Below are positions 37,801 to 47,914 of a stretch of 64,000 nucleotides of DNA, piece after piece. The notes beneath the pieces are model-generated. The model made no database searches. It was given only the letters and a program-made list of their open reading frames with translations, and had not been told where the DNA came from. Every line of letters begins with the position of its first letter. The stretch's first letter is position 1. The translations under genes were made by a program, and so were the position numbers. This stretch comes from Amoebophrya sp. A120. Taxonomy: Eukaryota; Protista; Dinoflagellata. The DNA is taken from positions 600,609-664,608 of the forward strand of contig CAJINV010000018.1 in the NCBI GenBank assembly GCA_905178155.1, given 5' to 3'.

Positions 37801-39015
37801 TTTTTCTGTGTCTTTATTTTTGCATTACAAATATGCCCTGCCAGCTTTTTTCTGTGGGATAGAAGGGTTGCGTGTAGGTGGACTTGTTCTGTTCCAGAAA
37901 TTTCAACACCTTCTTCAGCTGCTCGGACTGCAGCTGTGCGTGGATCACGTTCAGGTTGGTCGCTTTATTTCTCCAGAACTCCAGCTCCACCATCGGGCCC
38001 GGGTTGCCCTGCTTCAGCAGCGCCTCGGGGTCCTGTTTCAACACGTGGGAAATTTGCTTTGTCCAGGTAATCACGGCGGACTCCAGGATGTGCACCCGGT
38101 CCTTGTTGGTGGAGGACGCCCGCTCGCTGGTCGCCTCCTTCGGCGGCAGGGGGAGGAGGGTTTTGCCCATCATCAGCCCGCAGGTGACGTGGAGGTTGGC
38201 CAGAAAGACGTGGTACTTGTCCATCAGGTCCTTGCTGATCAGGTCGCTCCAGCCGGTCTGGTTCGCCGGGTTGGACAGCGTGGACAGGTAAATGTGGTGG
38301 CAGTAGTTGTTCAACATAGACATCAAGTCCTTCGTGGCCTCCATAAACAAAACCCGGTCGTACAGGTTCTCCTTCGTTATCTTGCCGGACCCGCACTGAT
38401 GTAGAGATAGAGATTTTATTTATTCATACTGGATATTACCATGCGAACGAAGAACGATCAGAAATCATGAATGCAGAGGAACAAGCGCGTCGAAGAAAAA
38501 AGAGCGACATAATATGTAGACTTTTTTCCGATTCCGAAACTCAAAAACATCAGCTCGTCAAAAAACAATTAAAGCAAACACCTTGTGCACGAAGAGGATT
38601 TTCTTTTTCAGCTTGGTGATGTCCGGCAGGTCGCTGGTGGCCGTCCAGTATCCTGTGCAAAAGTACCGCACTCGTACTAATTGCACATATGCATGACGAA
38701 TCTTCTTCCTAAGGTAAAACAGCATTGCAAATTGCGTTTGTCATGCTGAGGAAATTTGTAATGCAATTTATACTACTAGTACGATGCTTTTGCATTGCAT
38801 ATCCAGACGCCCTCCGCTGCGGAGGAAAAGACCAGGAAGTTGACCTCCTCCTTGTCACAGAACGACTTGACCTCGGTTTTCGTGTCATCATCGATGGTCT
38901 GCATTGCCTTGTCCTTCTTGGCCTTCGGAAAGCCGAAGATGTTGTACACCTTGTCGTGCACCCAAGCATCGGGCTTGAAGGCGTCCGCCGCCGGCTTCTT
39001 CTCCTCGTCCGGCAT
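16825..39015 (-). CDS. Axonemal outer-arm dynein heavy chain, beta type (DNAH9/11/17, ODA4-like); 29 exons, about 4,586 aa
   Basis: Tail motifs GKTLLPLP, VNFDPALVRLLREV, LEPIF and FPRFYFVANQALLDILSNG. AAA1 GPAGTGKTET and CFDEFNR; AAA3 GVPGTGKT; AAA4 GVGGSGKQS; stalk; WPLMIDPQLQG; GEIMYGGHIVD; C-terminus KWILGGVAMIL. Removing 23 introners and 5 GT-AG introns leaves a 13,761-nt frame. Confidence 0.95.
17084..17357. mobile_element. Introner family B (dynein)
   Basis: DR TCGCT/GCGCT; restores LFLEGARWD. Confidence 0.92.
17453..17606. mobile_element. Introner family E (dynein)
   Basis: TIR GTAAATTTCC.GTACA.GTACAAA; DR ACGTG/ACATG. Confidence 0.9.
17664..17818. mobile_element. Introner family A (dynein)
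   Basis: DR GATCG; restores SFLTAIKQ. Confidence 0.92.
17870..18085 (-). other. Canonical GT-AG intron of dynein
   Basis: CCGAAG|GTACAG...AAACAG|GTCGTC. Confidence 0.85.
20201..20359 (-). other. Canonical GT-AG intron of dynein (159 bp, in frame, no stop)
   Basis: GAGCAG|GTACTT...TCTCAG|GTGAAA; explains the non-dynein 53-aa insert in ORF 18062..21073. Confidence 0.85.
21062..21231 (-). other. Canonical GT-AG intron of dynein
   Basis: TTGAAG|GTATCT...ACACAG|GTCTTG gives GVDPLKVLTNE. Confidence 0.85.
24920..25079 (-). other. Canonical GT-AG intron of dynein
   Basis: AACGG|GTATAG...TATCAG|GTAC gives NGYKPIHLHRWVILDGD. Confidence 0.85.
26623..26888. mobile_element. Introner family B (dynein)
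   Basis: DR CGCAA; left end TC; restores CAQIALL. Confidence 0.9.
27227..27533. mobile_element. Introner family C (dynein)
   Basis: DR CTGAT; restores FYFVANQALLDILS. Confidence 0.92.
27738..28017. mobile_element. Introner family F (dynein)
   Basis: Perfect 32-bp TIR TATCCTGAGTAAAAACGTACCCACACCAGAGT; DR TCAAA. Confidence 0.95.
28084..28295. mobile_element. Introner family G (dynein)
   Basis: DR GCTCC; restores LEPIF. Confidence 0.92.
28497..28772. mobile_element. Introner family B (dynein)
   Basis: DR CACGC/CACGT. Confidence 0.9.
28840..29100. mobile_element. Introner family B (dynein)
   Basis: DR TCAGC. Confidence 0.92.
30016..30169. mobile_element. Introner family A (dynein)
   Basis: DR GATGG. 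Confidence 0.92.
30408..30714. mobile_element. Introner family C (dynein)
   Basis: DR TGATC; opposite orientation to the copy at 27227. Confidence 0.92.
30736..31046. mobile_element. Introner family H (dynein)
   Basis: TIR TATCAAA.GGAAAAATCCCCCCTCCCCATATC; DR CGAGT. Confidence 0.92.
31902..32137. mobile_element. Introner family I (dynein)
   Basis: TIR TATGG.G.TCTCAA..GTTACATTCT.AACT; DR TGGCA. Confidence 0.92.
32207..32471. mobile_element. Introner family B (dynein)
   Basis: DR CGGAC. Confidence 0.9.
32523..32807. mobile_element. Introner family F (dynein)
   Basis: DR GATCT/GATTT; left end TG. Confidence 0.88.
32928..33078. mobile_element. Introner family E (dynein)
   Basis: DR ACTGC; nearly identical to 35414-35564. 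Confidence 0.92.
33298..35184. mobile_element. 1887-bp non-autonomous TIR transposon with an 8-bp TSD, nested in an introner
   Basis: TGCAATGC duplicated at 33290-33297 and 35185-35192. Imperfect TIRs of about 84 bp (TTAAC...GCGCTAA...CAATTCAAATGAA.TTCAAAAGTT...TTTCGAG). No transposase ORF seen. Confidence 0.85.
34064..34183. repeat. 20-bp tandem repeat, about 6 copies (TTCTAGCGGCAATCAAGGAA)
   Basis: Directly visible inside the nested transposon. Confidence 0.9.
35414..35564. mobile_element. Introner family E (dynein)
   Basis: DR GTCGA; restores VNFDP. Confidence 0.92.
35754..36066. mobile_element. Introner family C (dynein)
   Basis: DR TCCCT. Confidence 0.92.
36505..36810. mobile_element. 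Introner family C (dynein)
   Basis: DR GAAAG. Confidence 0.92.
36859..37119. mobile_element. Introner family B (dynein)
   Basis: DR AATCG. Confidence 0.92.
37689..37861. mobile_element. Introner family J (dynein)
   Basis: TIR TATC.CACAGAAAAAAGCTGGC...CATATTTGTA; DR GCAGG/GAAGG. Confidence 0.9.
38396..38581 (-). other. Canonical GT-AG intron of dynein
   Basis: CACAAG|GTGTTT...CATCAG|TGCGGG. Confidence 0.8.
38649..38801. mobile_element. Introner family A (dynein)
   Basis: DR TCCAG. Confidence 0.9.
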
Positions 39016-40748
39016 GATGCTAACGACTATGTATCAATGATCAACGAAGAAAAATCCTTTATTTGACAAGTCGATCTCGATTCCTTATCGTGGATTTGAG
39101 CTTATATTACCTCAAGTGTGGCGCAGCTTTCCCGCCCAGGGGAAAAAAACACCGCTCTACTCTCTGCCTAATTTTTTTTTGGGTTTGAAATTTGTTTGAG
39201 AAGATTGATTTTGAAAGAAAAAAATCGTCTTGCTATGATTTGTGATTGTGTTGCTTCTAGAAATGCAAAAAATACTTCTGCTGCAATGCTATATTTATAG
39301 GATAGGCGTACTTCTAGTTCTGTCGAAAAAAATAACTTTTTTGGTTTTGAAATATCACGTAGGAGATGCTGAAGGTGATGTTCTGCGAACTTCTAAACCA
39401 GTGCACAAATTAGAAATAGACGCTTTGGTTCTTTGGAGATTAGGATTAAGTACTTGTAATAGAAAAAATCCTGCCCTTTTTTGGTGAGAAAAGATGAAGA
39501 TTCCAGCACATTCTTTGGGACGGGGTCGAGGTCGTAAACGCACTTACTACGACGAGGGGAGCAAGTTTTTACCAGGTTCAGAGGACGACGACGAGACGTA
39601 GGGTTGTACGGTTATGTTGACATTATTGATACAACATAGAAATCTCGTCACCCTTGTTTTGCTACTTTTGTGGGACATCAAAGCGCCGTACGAAGAAGGA
39701 ATGCAAAACTTCTTTTCGAACGTCTTCTTCAGATACTCAGGCTGGACGGGGACGTGATGTTGAACGGAAGTCTTTTTTGTACGAAGAAGAAGAATTGCAG
39801 ATCAGCATAATACCTACGTCAGTACAAGAGCTAATATTACACTTTTTGAAGGACAAGCTGACATACGATACCCACAGAAGATTCATATTCATTTCTATTT
39901 CATAAGTTCTAAAAAAAGAAGGCAACTTTATGTATGAGCGTGCTTCCATCTAGCATGTTCGAGAGCGGGGTTGCCGTTGTATGAGTATGTATAGCACGGT
40001 ATCTATCATCTTCATGTTTGTACGTACAACTGCATTCTAATGCTTTATTGATCTTGTGCTTCATCTAGGGTGGGCAGGTGACGTTAATATCCTTACAGCT
40101 CACAGATTGATACGTCCTCGACGAGACGACCCAAAAACGCAAATATTTACATTCCCTCTCGCTCGATGTCGATCTTGTTGGTTGTGACAACTGGACAGTT
40201 GGTTTTTCTGCAACGAACAACTTCTTGTACGAACACTTGCACTTCCTATGTGCTTCTTGATGAGAGCTGTCTCTGTCACTCTTTTTATTCTTACAGTCCA
40301 ACACAGTTCTTGTGCTGTCGAGTGAAACCCATAGCTACAGCTAGTACAACTTGCGTCATGTAATCACTAAAAATCTTCAGGCACAGCTTGTCACTAAAAT
40401 GTCTCGCTCCTTGATGCAGCTGTCGTGGGCACGAGCGCTGCGGCAGCGACATGCCTAAAAAATCGCCAATGCTGTATAATCTGGCGTGACGCAAATGCAG
40501 CTTTGCGGAGGAAATAGTCCCTTGTCCCTATGTATGATTCTGCCCGAGGTTGAGGCTTGTGGTTGCTGCAGCTGTGTTTCTTGCTACTGAAGATGGACTC
40601 AACATCAAGGTCAACAACTACAGGCCCACTAAAAAAGCAGCGGTGCGCATCAATGTGCTCGTCCAGACCAGGAGCTTATTTTTTGCTCAGGAGTATGATC
40701 GCAACCTCCACACGGAGAACTTCTACTGTCTGATAAAGAAGACGCTTC

Positions 40749-43700
40749 TCACAGCTCCTCCCTCCTCGCCCTTTTCCTCAGCGCCTTCTCTGGCGGTCGA
40801 AAGCCCTGCGTTAGTTCGTAGGTTCCTTTCCCAGGGATGTATTTTTCCGTGGGCAGCGAGTCCACCATTTTGTAGTAGTATTTCGTTGCCAGGCCGGAGT
40901 GTTTCCCGACTTTGGACAGCGAATTCATAGCCACGTCCATTGCGGCGTAAATTTCGTGCAAAATGATTGCCTGTTTGATCAGCTTTTCCCGGCGCCGCTT
41001 CAGCAGCTCCACGATCTCGCGCTCAGACGTGGCTGAGGATGACGAGGCTTCTAGTTCTACTTGTACTCTTTCATCTTCTTTCAGATGCACATCACTTTCA
41101 CGACCTGCTTTCTTCACCACCGGCGCGCCGTCCTCTGCTCCCATGATCGCAGTTGTCCTTCTCCTCCATGCGTGTCTGAGTTCTTTTTCGCACGCCACAG
41201 CCCCCGTTGCACTTGCAGCTGGTCCGCTGTCAACTACCTCGTCCACAGGAGGGTCCGCATCCGTCTCGGAAGGCGGAAAAGATCTCCTCCTCGTGGAGGT
41301 CCTTTCAGCTGTCATCAGCTTGACGCATTCGTTGTACTTGGAAGCCAATCGAAAAATTTCGTTTTCGTCGACCATCGGGTTCACTTCTACTTCAGTTCCA
41401 GCGGGATCATGCTTATGCTGAGGCGCAGCTTCGGCTTGGGCTATTTGTCGACCTTCGGCCTTTTCCTTTTCCTCATTTTCTTGGGCTGAATTTATTCCTG
41501 CGTCTGTATGATCTGCACTCGCCACACGAACTAAATCATGATCTGCAGTGCCGCGGCTCCGATGTCCTGCTTTCTGCAATAATTTCCGGTACTGGGTGTC
41601 GATGTCTTTGATGTAAATGGCGTTGCCCCAGAGAGAGCTGGAACTCAATCGGGTGGGCTTCATGCCGCGCCCGGTCAGGTCGCTGAGCCGGTGGAAAACG
41701 AAGTCTCGGTTGCGTTGTCAAATGCAAATGTGTCTGGGTTCTCTGGATCAGGATCAGTCGCGCAACCGACGTTTGTCATGCTGTTCTTGCATGACCGAGG
41801 AGGTCTGGCATGCAAGCCCTAGCATCACACGTGGTCTTGAGAAGGTCTCCCAATGCCGAACCCGCATGACAAATCTCCTCTTTCGGAGTCATCAAATTGA
41901 AATATTGCCCGCGTTTATTGGTGTTCATGCATGACAGATCTTTGGGTTGTCTGAAGTTTGCATCACAACCTGCATCCTTCCAGACCCAGACACATTTGCA
42001 ATGCATATGCGCAGGAAGATGTCGATGTCCGCAAACAGAGGCATGTCCTTGTACAATTTCTGAAAATGCTATCCCCAGTAGAAAACAACCCATGAAGATC
42101 CGGATCCATTTTTTGCATGACAAACACTGGACTTGATGCATGTTTTGCATCACAAATTGGATCATGGGTAAGATGGGTGGTCTTTTTTCATGGATAAATG
42201 CACCTCCACGTCGATGACCACTACCTCCTCCAATGATTCCTTATCAAATGCAAATATGTCTGGGTCTGGAACAAGGTTGCAACTTGTCATGCTAATTCTG
42301 GATCATGCAAAAATCTGTGTTGCATGCGTGCCAAAAGCTGCTCACTTTCGACCAAGTTGGCAGGGAGTTTCTCATGCAGGACAGGCATGGTAGGAATCGC
42401 ACAGAATCTGTCATGCTATGTGCTGCATTCCAGACGACATGGACCTTGGAAAATCTGCATGACAAGTCTCGGAATCTCCCAGACCCAGACATTTTTGCAT
42501 TTGATATTCCTCCGCCCCCTGAAAAACCAGCATCTCCGCTCCCTGCACATCGACCTTCAAAATATCACAGGAAAAAACTGTTTCACTGTGATGACAACTT
42601 TGCAAGATCTGCATCACAAGCTTGCTACACATGACACTGAAAATTTGTCATGCGCGCTTCCTAAGGGAAATAAAACACGCTTGCAAATCCAATGTCTTGC
42701 AGGTGTAGCAAGACAAAGAGTTCTGTGTCCCATTTTCTGCATCACAAGTTCACAGTGAAACAGGTTTTTCTTGCGATACAAAAAATCGATGTCGTAGTTG
42801 TTCGGCCGCAAAGTGTATGAACTGCAAAACTGTATCGCACTCGTACTAAAAATTGCAGATTTGCATGACAAATCTTCTTCCTACGCTAGAAGAGCATTAC
42901 AGATAAATTCTATTTCTTGTCATAATTTGTGATGCAATTCTTACTAAGTACGATACTTTTGCAATGCATAAAATGTAGTCCAGTTTTACCGTCGGCACCG
43001 ACTGTTCCAGTACGACCTTGTAGGCTTCCTCTAGTTGGTCGTATTTGGACACCACATCCACGTTGGGCTCGAGTAGGGAGGACGACAACTCTATCCACAG
43101 GGAATTTCAACAACATCCCGCCTCACACGTAGAAGTTGCAAATACGGTAGTTTATGCAGCATGTCATGTCAAAACTTGTTTGCAATCCTATTCTTTCAGC
43201 ATGACAAGTGGCACTTTTTCAGTAGGCCGCGATTACATTTGTCGTTATGCATGTTGTGCGTGTAGTGCGGCTTCTACGGGACGTCATCAAAATTCGCATT
43301 CTATAAGCCCATTCTGGGTGACGAAAAATGTCCGGCGGCTCCCGTCACCGACGTAGTGGGGAAACAGAAGCATGTTCGGGTAGGATTTCCGGTACTTTTC
43401 GTTGGGGTCAAACCCGATCACCTGGCAGAGATCTTGCATCAGCAGCCGATGGTAAACGTGGGGCTTCCCGCGGACCTGAAGGCATCCTGGGGGAAAAATA
43501 TCGCTTTCGTAGGTCGTCCTTCTAGTAGTTGTTCTTTCTTCAGAACGAGCTGAATTCAATCACAGAATGCATATACGACGACCATACTTCCATGTTTGCA
43601 ATCCCTCAACATACTAACTGACTATCTAGAACGGGCGCGCGCGGCGGTCCGGGCGCCGGCCCACTGAAGTGGCCCTGTAAGGAGGAACGCCCGGACGGGG

Positions 43701-46700
43701 AGCGGCGGAACGTATCGAGGTGGAAAGTGTAAGGACCAGGAGAGACGTATGGATGACCAGACGGACGCAGTCAATCCGCGAAATTTCAAAATTTTATCTT
43801 TATTGTGCGAGCAACAGCTAAAGAGTATGTAGAAGAAGAGTTCTGACGCAGAGCCACACAGAGGCGTCGTGGCACGCTGACAAAAAGCAATGAGGTTGAA
43901 AGGTTTTTAATTAATGTTGACGCAATAACCAAGCAATCCGCGAAATTTCAAAATTTAATTTTAATGAAGACAACAAATCCGCGAAATTTCAAAATTTTAT
44001 TCTTATCACTGGGAGGAGACTTACAAGAATCGTCTGGGTTTCGAGCATCATCGCTACACTGAAGTTGCGAGTCGGCTGGCGGCTACTGCGACCAGTAGTG
44101 CGTAGTATTCAACAAAATGTTGCACTTCGTAGTAGCGTATTAGAAAAGTCTCAGTTTTCGTACGCGGAAATTTCCTCCGATCTGTGGTTCCTCCACGACC
44201 CACCTGAGTGCCGTGCAGGAACGTCCGAGGCAGAGTGAAATTTCACAACACGAGTTCGACGTGCGCAAGTAAAGGCAAGGTGCTCAGTGGCCCATCGGTG
44301 TTCAGGTGAAGTCGCCACCGTGGAAGAAGGAGGTGCAGGTGCCTAGTACTACTTACGACTACGATAACGATAGCTCCTGTAGAAGTTTCGATGCATAAAA
44401 TAGCGCCAACGTCGACGATCTGGATTTTTGGGAAGTTGTGCGACTGAAGCAGAAGCTATTCCGTGAGAATTCACCATCCCAATTTATTTTTTGCATGTGA
44501 AATTTGAACTTCAACAACTTCCTACATTTTTTGCATGACAAATTTCTCTGATGGACGTGATGGACGTGGTTAATTTTCAGGGAATAAAAGCTGCAGGTCA
44601 GGCACACGAGAGTTGCCGGCTGTCGTGCTCGCCGTACTTCCAGCAGCAGGCGGCGGTGGCGCGGATGAAGTGGTTCGCGATCCTCCTCCCGCTGCACTTC
44701 TAGAGGTGGCACTGTCGGTTCTACTTAAGGCCACCGAGCCGGCTGCTGCTCCAACATCCGACGAGGAAGAGGACGACGATCCTAAGACCTCTCGGATATC
44801 AAACTGGCTCCAATTCTCCAGCATCCACGCATGCCTGCCGTCTGCAACACCGGAGTCGAACACCACACTGCTGAGCCCCTGCATCTCCTTGTCCAGGTGC
44901 TTTTTCGCGTTTTCTTCGTCACTCTGCACCTGGATACTGAGACCCTGGAAAAAATCCATCTTTGCAAGCAGCTCCCAAATGGGGAACTGCATGCCGTAAA
45001 ATTTTCGCAGGTCCAAATCGTGTGGAAAGGTGATTTATGAATTGCAAAAGTATTGTACTCGTATAAATGCATTACAAATTTCCTCAGCAAGAAAAATGAA
45101 ATTTGTAATGCTGATTTACCTTAAGAAAAAGATTTGTGATGCATGATTGCAATACGAGTACGATACTTTTGCACAGGATATGATTTTGCGTTCGTAAATC
45201 TCCGCCACAAGATTTTCGTTCTCCTCCTCCGTTTGCGACTGCGCATTCGGGTTATGCATTTTTGCAGAATCATCAAACAACTAGCGCATGCATCTTCATG
45301 TTCATGCTCGGCCGAGTGACAAGTTTGCTCAAGATAAACTTATTTTTTGTTTATGCATCATTCAGGCAACATCAAACGTAACAAGAACTGCAAGGCAAAT
45401 CTGTCATGCAGTGTGGTCGCAATTCGTGCTACTACCACGCTAGCAATTTTTCTGCACTGGATACAGATTCTGGAAGAGCAACAGGGGCTCGGCGGTCGTC
45501 GCGTTCGCTTGCTGGTCCTCCTCCACCTGAACACGCGATCCTGCCTTGCTGTCCGTGCCACTCGAGCCACTTGCCGTTGAACTCGGTACAGCTGGCAAGC
45601 TAGCGCTGCTCGCACCGCTAGACTTCGTCGTCGGAGAGGACGATGCATCTCGATCTCCTGCTTCGATGGCAATGGCAGCGCCGTCTACTTCTGCACCACT
45701 GCTCCCGCCCCTTCCGGGTTTCTTATAGGCTTTCAAGTATTTCACGCGGGTAAGAAACGCCTGCGCCTGGTTATAACCCGCTCAGCTGTTACAATCTCAA
45801 ACGTTACGGTTGTACAATAGAATATGGAAATCTGTGATGCAAAATGTGCATGACCTAGCCTACTCCCACAGCATTGCGCATGACAAGTTCTGGACTCCAA
45901 AACCGCAATTGAATCTGGCGAAATTTGTATTGCAGAAAGTGAAACGCTGTGCGGGTCTGTCATGCTCATCATACACCACAAAATCCAGATTCTTTTGTAA
46001 CGGTTGGGATTGTAACGCTTAGGCGGGTCATACTGGTGCACATACTCGAACGCCTGTACGCGGTCTTGGGCTGCGACGTTGATGAAAGCCAGGTTGATGG
46101 TATCCACAGGAATATTAATCTCCCGGACACGACGTACGAATCGGAATCATGTGGCTCCTTGTTCCGCATGACTACAAACCTTTTGCAGCATGACAAGTGA
46201 GTTGCTTCTTGTTCCAAGTTCGTGAAATGTGTGATGCACTTTGGACAATGTACAGGGAAATTTGTGTTGCATACAGCGCTAGCCACGCCATCGCGACCGG
46301 GCACTTGTTCAAGTGCTCCCGTTGCAGCACTCCCTCGGTCAGGAAGTGGCACCACGATTCGTGCAGGTCCAAGTCTAGGTCATCAAGCTTTTGCGGAAGC
46401 TGCAGGTCGAAGTGGTTTTCCCAGCCCTGGCTGCAAGGGTCCTGTAGGAGAACGCTGTCTTCATTTTGCTCACCGTCTCGCCCGCTGATGCCCTCAGCAG
46501 GAGCTGCGCCATGCTTGATCCTGATACTGTCGGAAATCACGTAGAGGCATCCACAAAAAAGGACCCAGCACCATCCCCATCCTTTTTTTGGATAGTAAAC
46601 TACACAGGGTCTGATCTTGCATGTTTTGCATGACAAATTGGATGCTGGAGATGGGTCTCATTTTTTGTGGATCATAAGAGCAGCGGGAAGATCACGCGCG

Positions 46701-47914
46701 AGAAGTCGTAGAGGAAAAATAGTTTCCCTATCCACAAAAAAACAACCATGATCCCCATCCATTTTTTGCATGACAAATACTCAAAATTATGCGTGTTTTG
46801 CATGACAAAGTGCATGGCTATGGTTGTTTTTTCTTGGATATTCCAGTTGATCAGATCGATGAGCAAACTCCACTCCACAAGCCAGTGTGCCCCCGCCAGT
46901 TCGTTGCTAATGTTATCTTCGGTGTTGGTGGCGAGCCAGGCCAGGCGGACGGAGAGAACGCCGAGCAATTCCTCCGTAGTCAACTGGCGGACGTTTTCCT
47001 GGTCGACGTTGACGTCGAGAAAACATTTGAACTTCACAATCGTCGGCCACAACAAAGTATGCATTGCAAAACCAAAAGTAACGCACTCGTACTGATACGG
47101 ATCGCAATCACGCATGACAAATCTCCTACCTTAGGTAAAGCAGCATCACAAGTTCCACTTTTCTTCTTGCCAAAATTTGTGATGCAATTCCTACTAGTAC
47201 GACTACGATACTTTTGCATTGCATACAAAGTGTTCACCAGTTGCTTGATCCCTTCGCCCGAAAGTTTGTTCCGGCCCCCCGCCTGCAAAATTTCCGTGCC
47301 GAACTCGGCCAAGGGCGTGCGCACCTGCTCCCAGTCGATCTGCAACTCCCGGATCTGCTGGTAATTGGGGTCTTCGTACGGATATGCATTGCAAAATTAT
47401 CGTACTAGTAGACTACTAGTACAAAAAAAAATTACTACTGTAGTAAAGATATGCATTGCAAAATTACTACTGTAGTAATTGCATTGCTTAGCATATACAA
47501 CTGAAATTTGTAATGCTGTTTTACCTTAGAAAGGAGATTTGTCATGCATAGCAGCATTTACTACGAGTACGATAGTTTTGCAGAGCATAACGGATTCGGG
47601 TGGTGCGCGTTGCAACGAGTGATTTGTTCGAGTTGCGGCTGTTGTAAAGGCAGCTCCCCCTCCTGCGGGTTTAATATTTCTCGTTCCACTTCTTGCGCTG
47701 TTACAGGAGCGAGGAGGTTCAGGTTGTGGGGATCACCAGGCAGGAAAAACAACCAGGGCGCAGACAACCAAAATGGTGAGCGTGCATAAGTCGTCGCGTG
47801 GGTCCGGGTCGTGGAGCAAATTATCAGCTGAAAGCCGAGAAGAAAACTTAAGAGCGGCTTGAACTTGGAGGTCAAGAACGACGTCAGGGGGCTAGTTGTA
47901 CTTGTCGCCCCCAT
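40749..47914 (-). CDS. FkbM-family (Methyltransf_21) SAM-dependent methyltransferase with long N- and C-terminal extensions (about 1,134 aa); 15 introners and 1 GT-AG intron
   Basis: The spliced frame contains IQIVDVGA, VIGFDP, VGDGSRRTF, SSLLEPN, TVKLD, IDFLKVDVQGAEMLVFQGA, EVHFQKLYKDMPLFADIDIFLR and WGNAIY. Hydrophobic N-terminus. CDS 3405 nt. The join of the N-terminal half depends on intron 43476-44356. Confidence 0.75.
41716..42007. mobile_element. Introner family B
   Basis: DR TGCGT/TGCGC; left end TG. Confidence 0.85.
42070..42196. mobile_element. Introner family D
   Basis: DR AATGC. Confidence 0.85.
42242..42506. mobile_element. Introner family B
   Basis: DR TTCCT. Confidence 0.9.
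42563..42778. mobile_element. Introner family K
   Basis: TIR TATC.CA.GAAAAA.CTGTTTCACTGTGA; DR CAAAA; restores IDFLKVDVQG. Confidence 0.9.
42816..42970. mobile_element. Introner family A
   Basis: DR AAGTG/AAATG. Confidence 0.88.
43092..43305. mobile_element. Introner family E (degenerate)
   Basis: DR AACTC/AGCCC; frame restored (QNGLSSSLLEPN). Confidence 0.7.
43476..44356 (-). other. Canonical GT-AG intron (881 bp)
   Basis: GTC|GTAAGT...CTTCAG|GTC; phase 0, links the DVGA motif to the rest of the FkbM domain. Confidence 0.65.
44457..44586. mobile_element. Introner family D-like
   Basis: DR GAAGC/AAAGC. Confidence 0.78.
45036..45180. mobile_element. Introner family A
   Basis: DR TGATT. 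Confidence 0.9.
45253..45463. mobile_element. Introner, unclassified/degenerate
   Basis: TA ends; DR CGGGT/CAGAT; frame restored. Confidence 0.65.
45772..46032. mobile_element. Introner family I
   Basis: TIR TAT.ACCCGC...GTTACAATC.CAA.CGTTAC; DR CTGGT. Confidence 0.88.
46101..46273. mobile_element. Introner family E
   Basis: DR eroded (GATGG/CAGCG); element+5 restores the frame. Confidence 0.75.
46548..46676. mobile_element. Introner family D
   Basis: DR AGAGG/AGAGC; left end CA. Confidence 0.8.
46729..46840. mobile_element. Introner family D
   Basis: DR TTCCC/TTCCA. Confidence 0.85.
47058..47225. mobile_element. Introner family A
   Basis: DR CAAAG. Confidence 0.88.
47383..47589. mobile_element. 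Introner family A with a duplicated left end
   Basis: DR ACGGA; GATATGCATTGCAAAATTA repeated at about 47448. Confidence 0.82.

Noticed and set aside
16825-39015. Dynein as a transposon-killed pseudogene
   Set aside because: No stop or frameshift remains in 4,587 codons after removing the inserts, and motifs are conserved, which is unlikely after 23 insertions of differing age.
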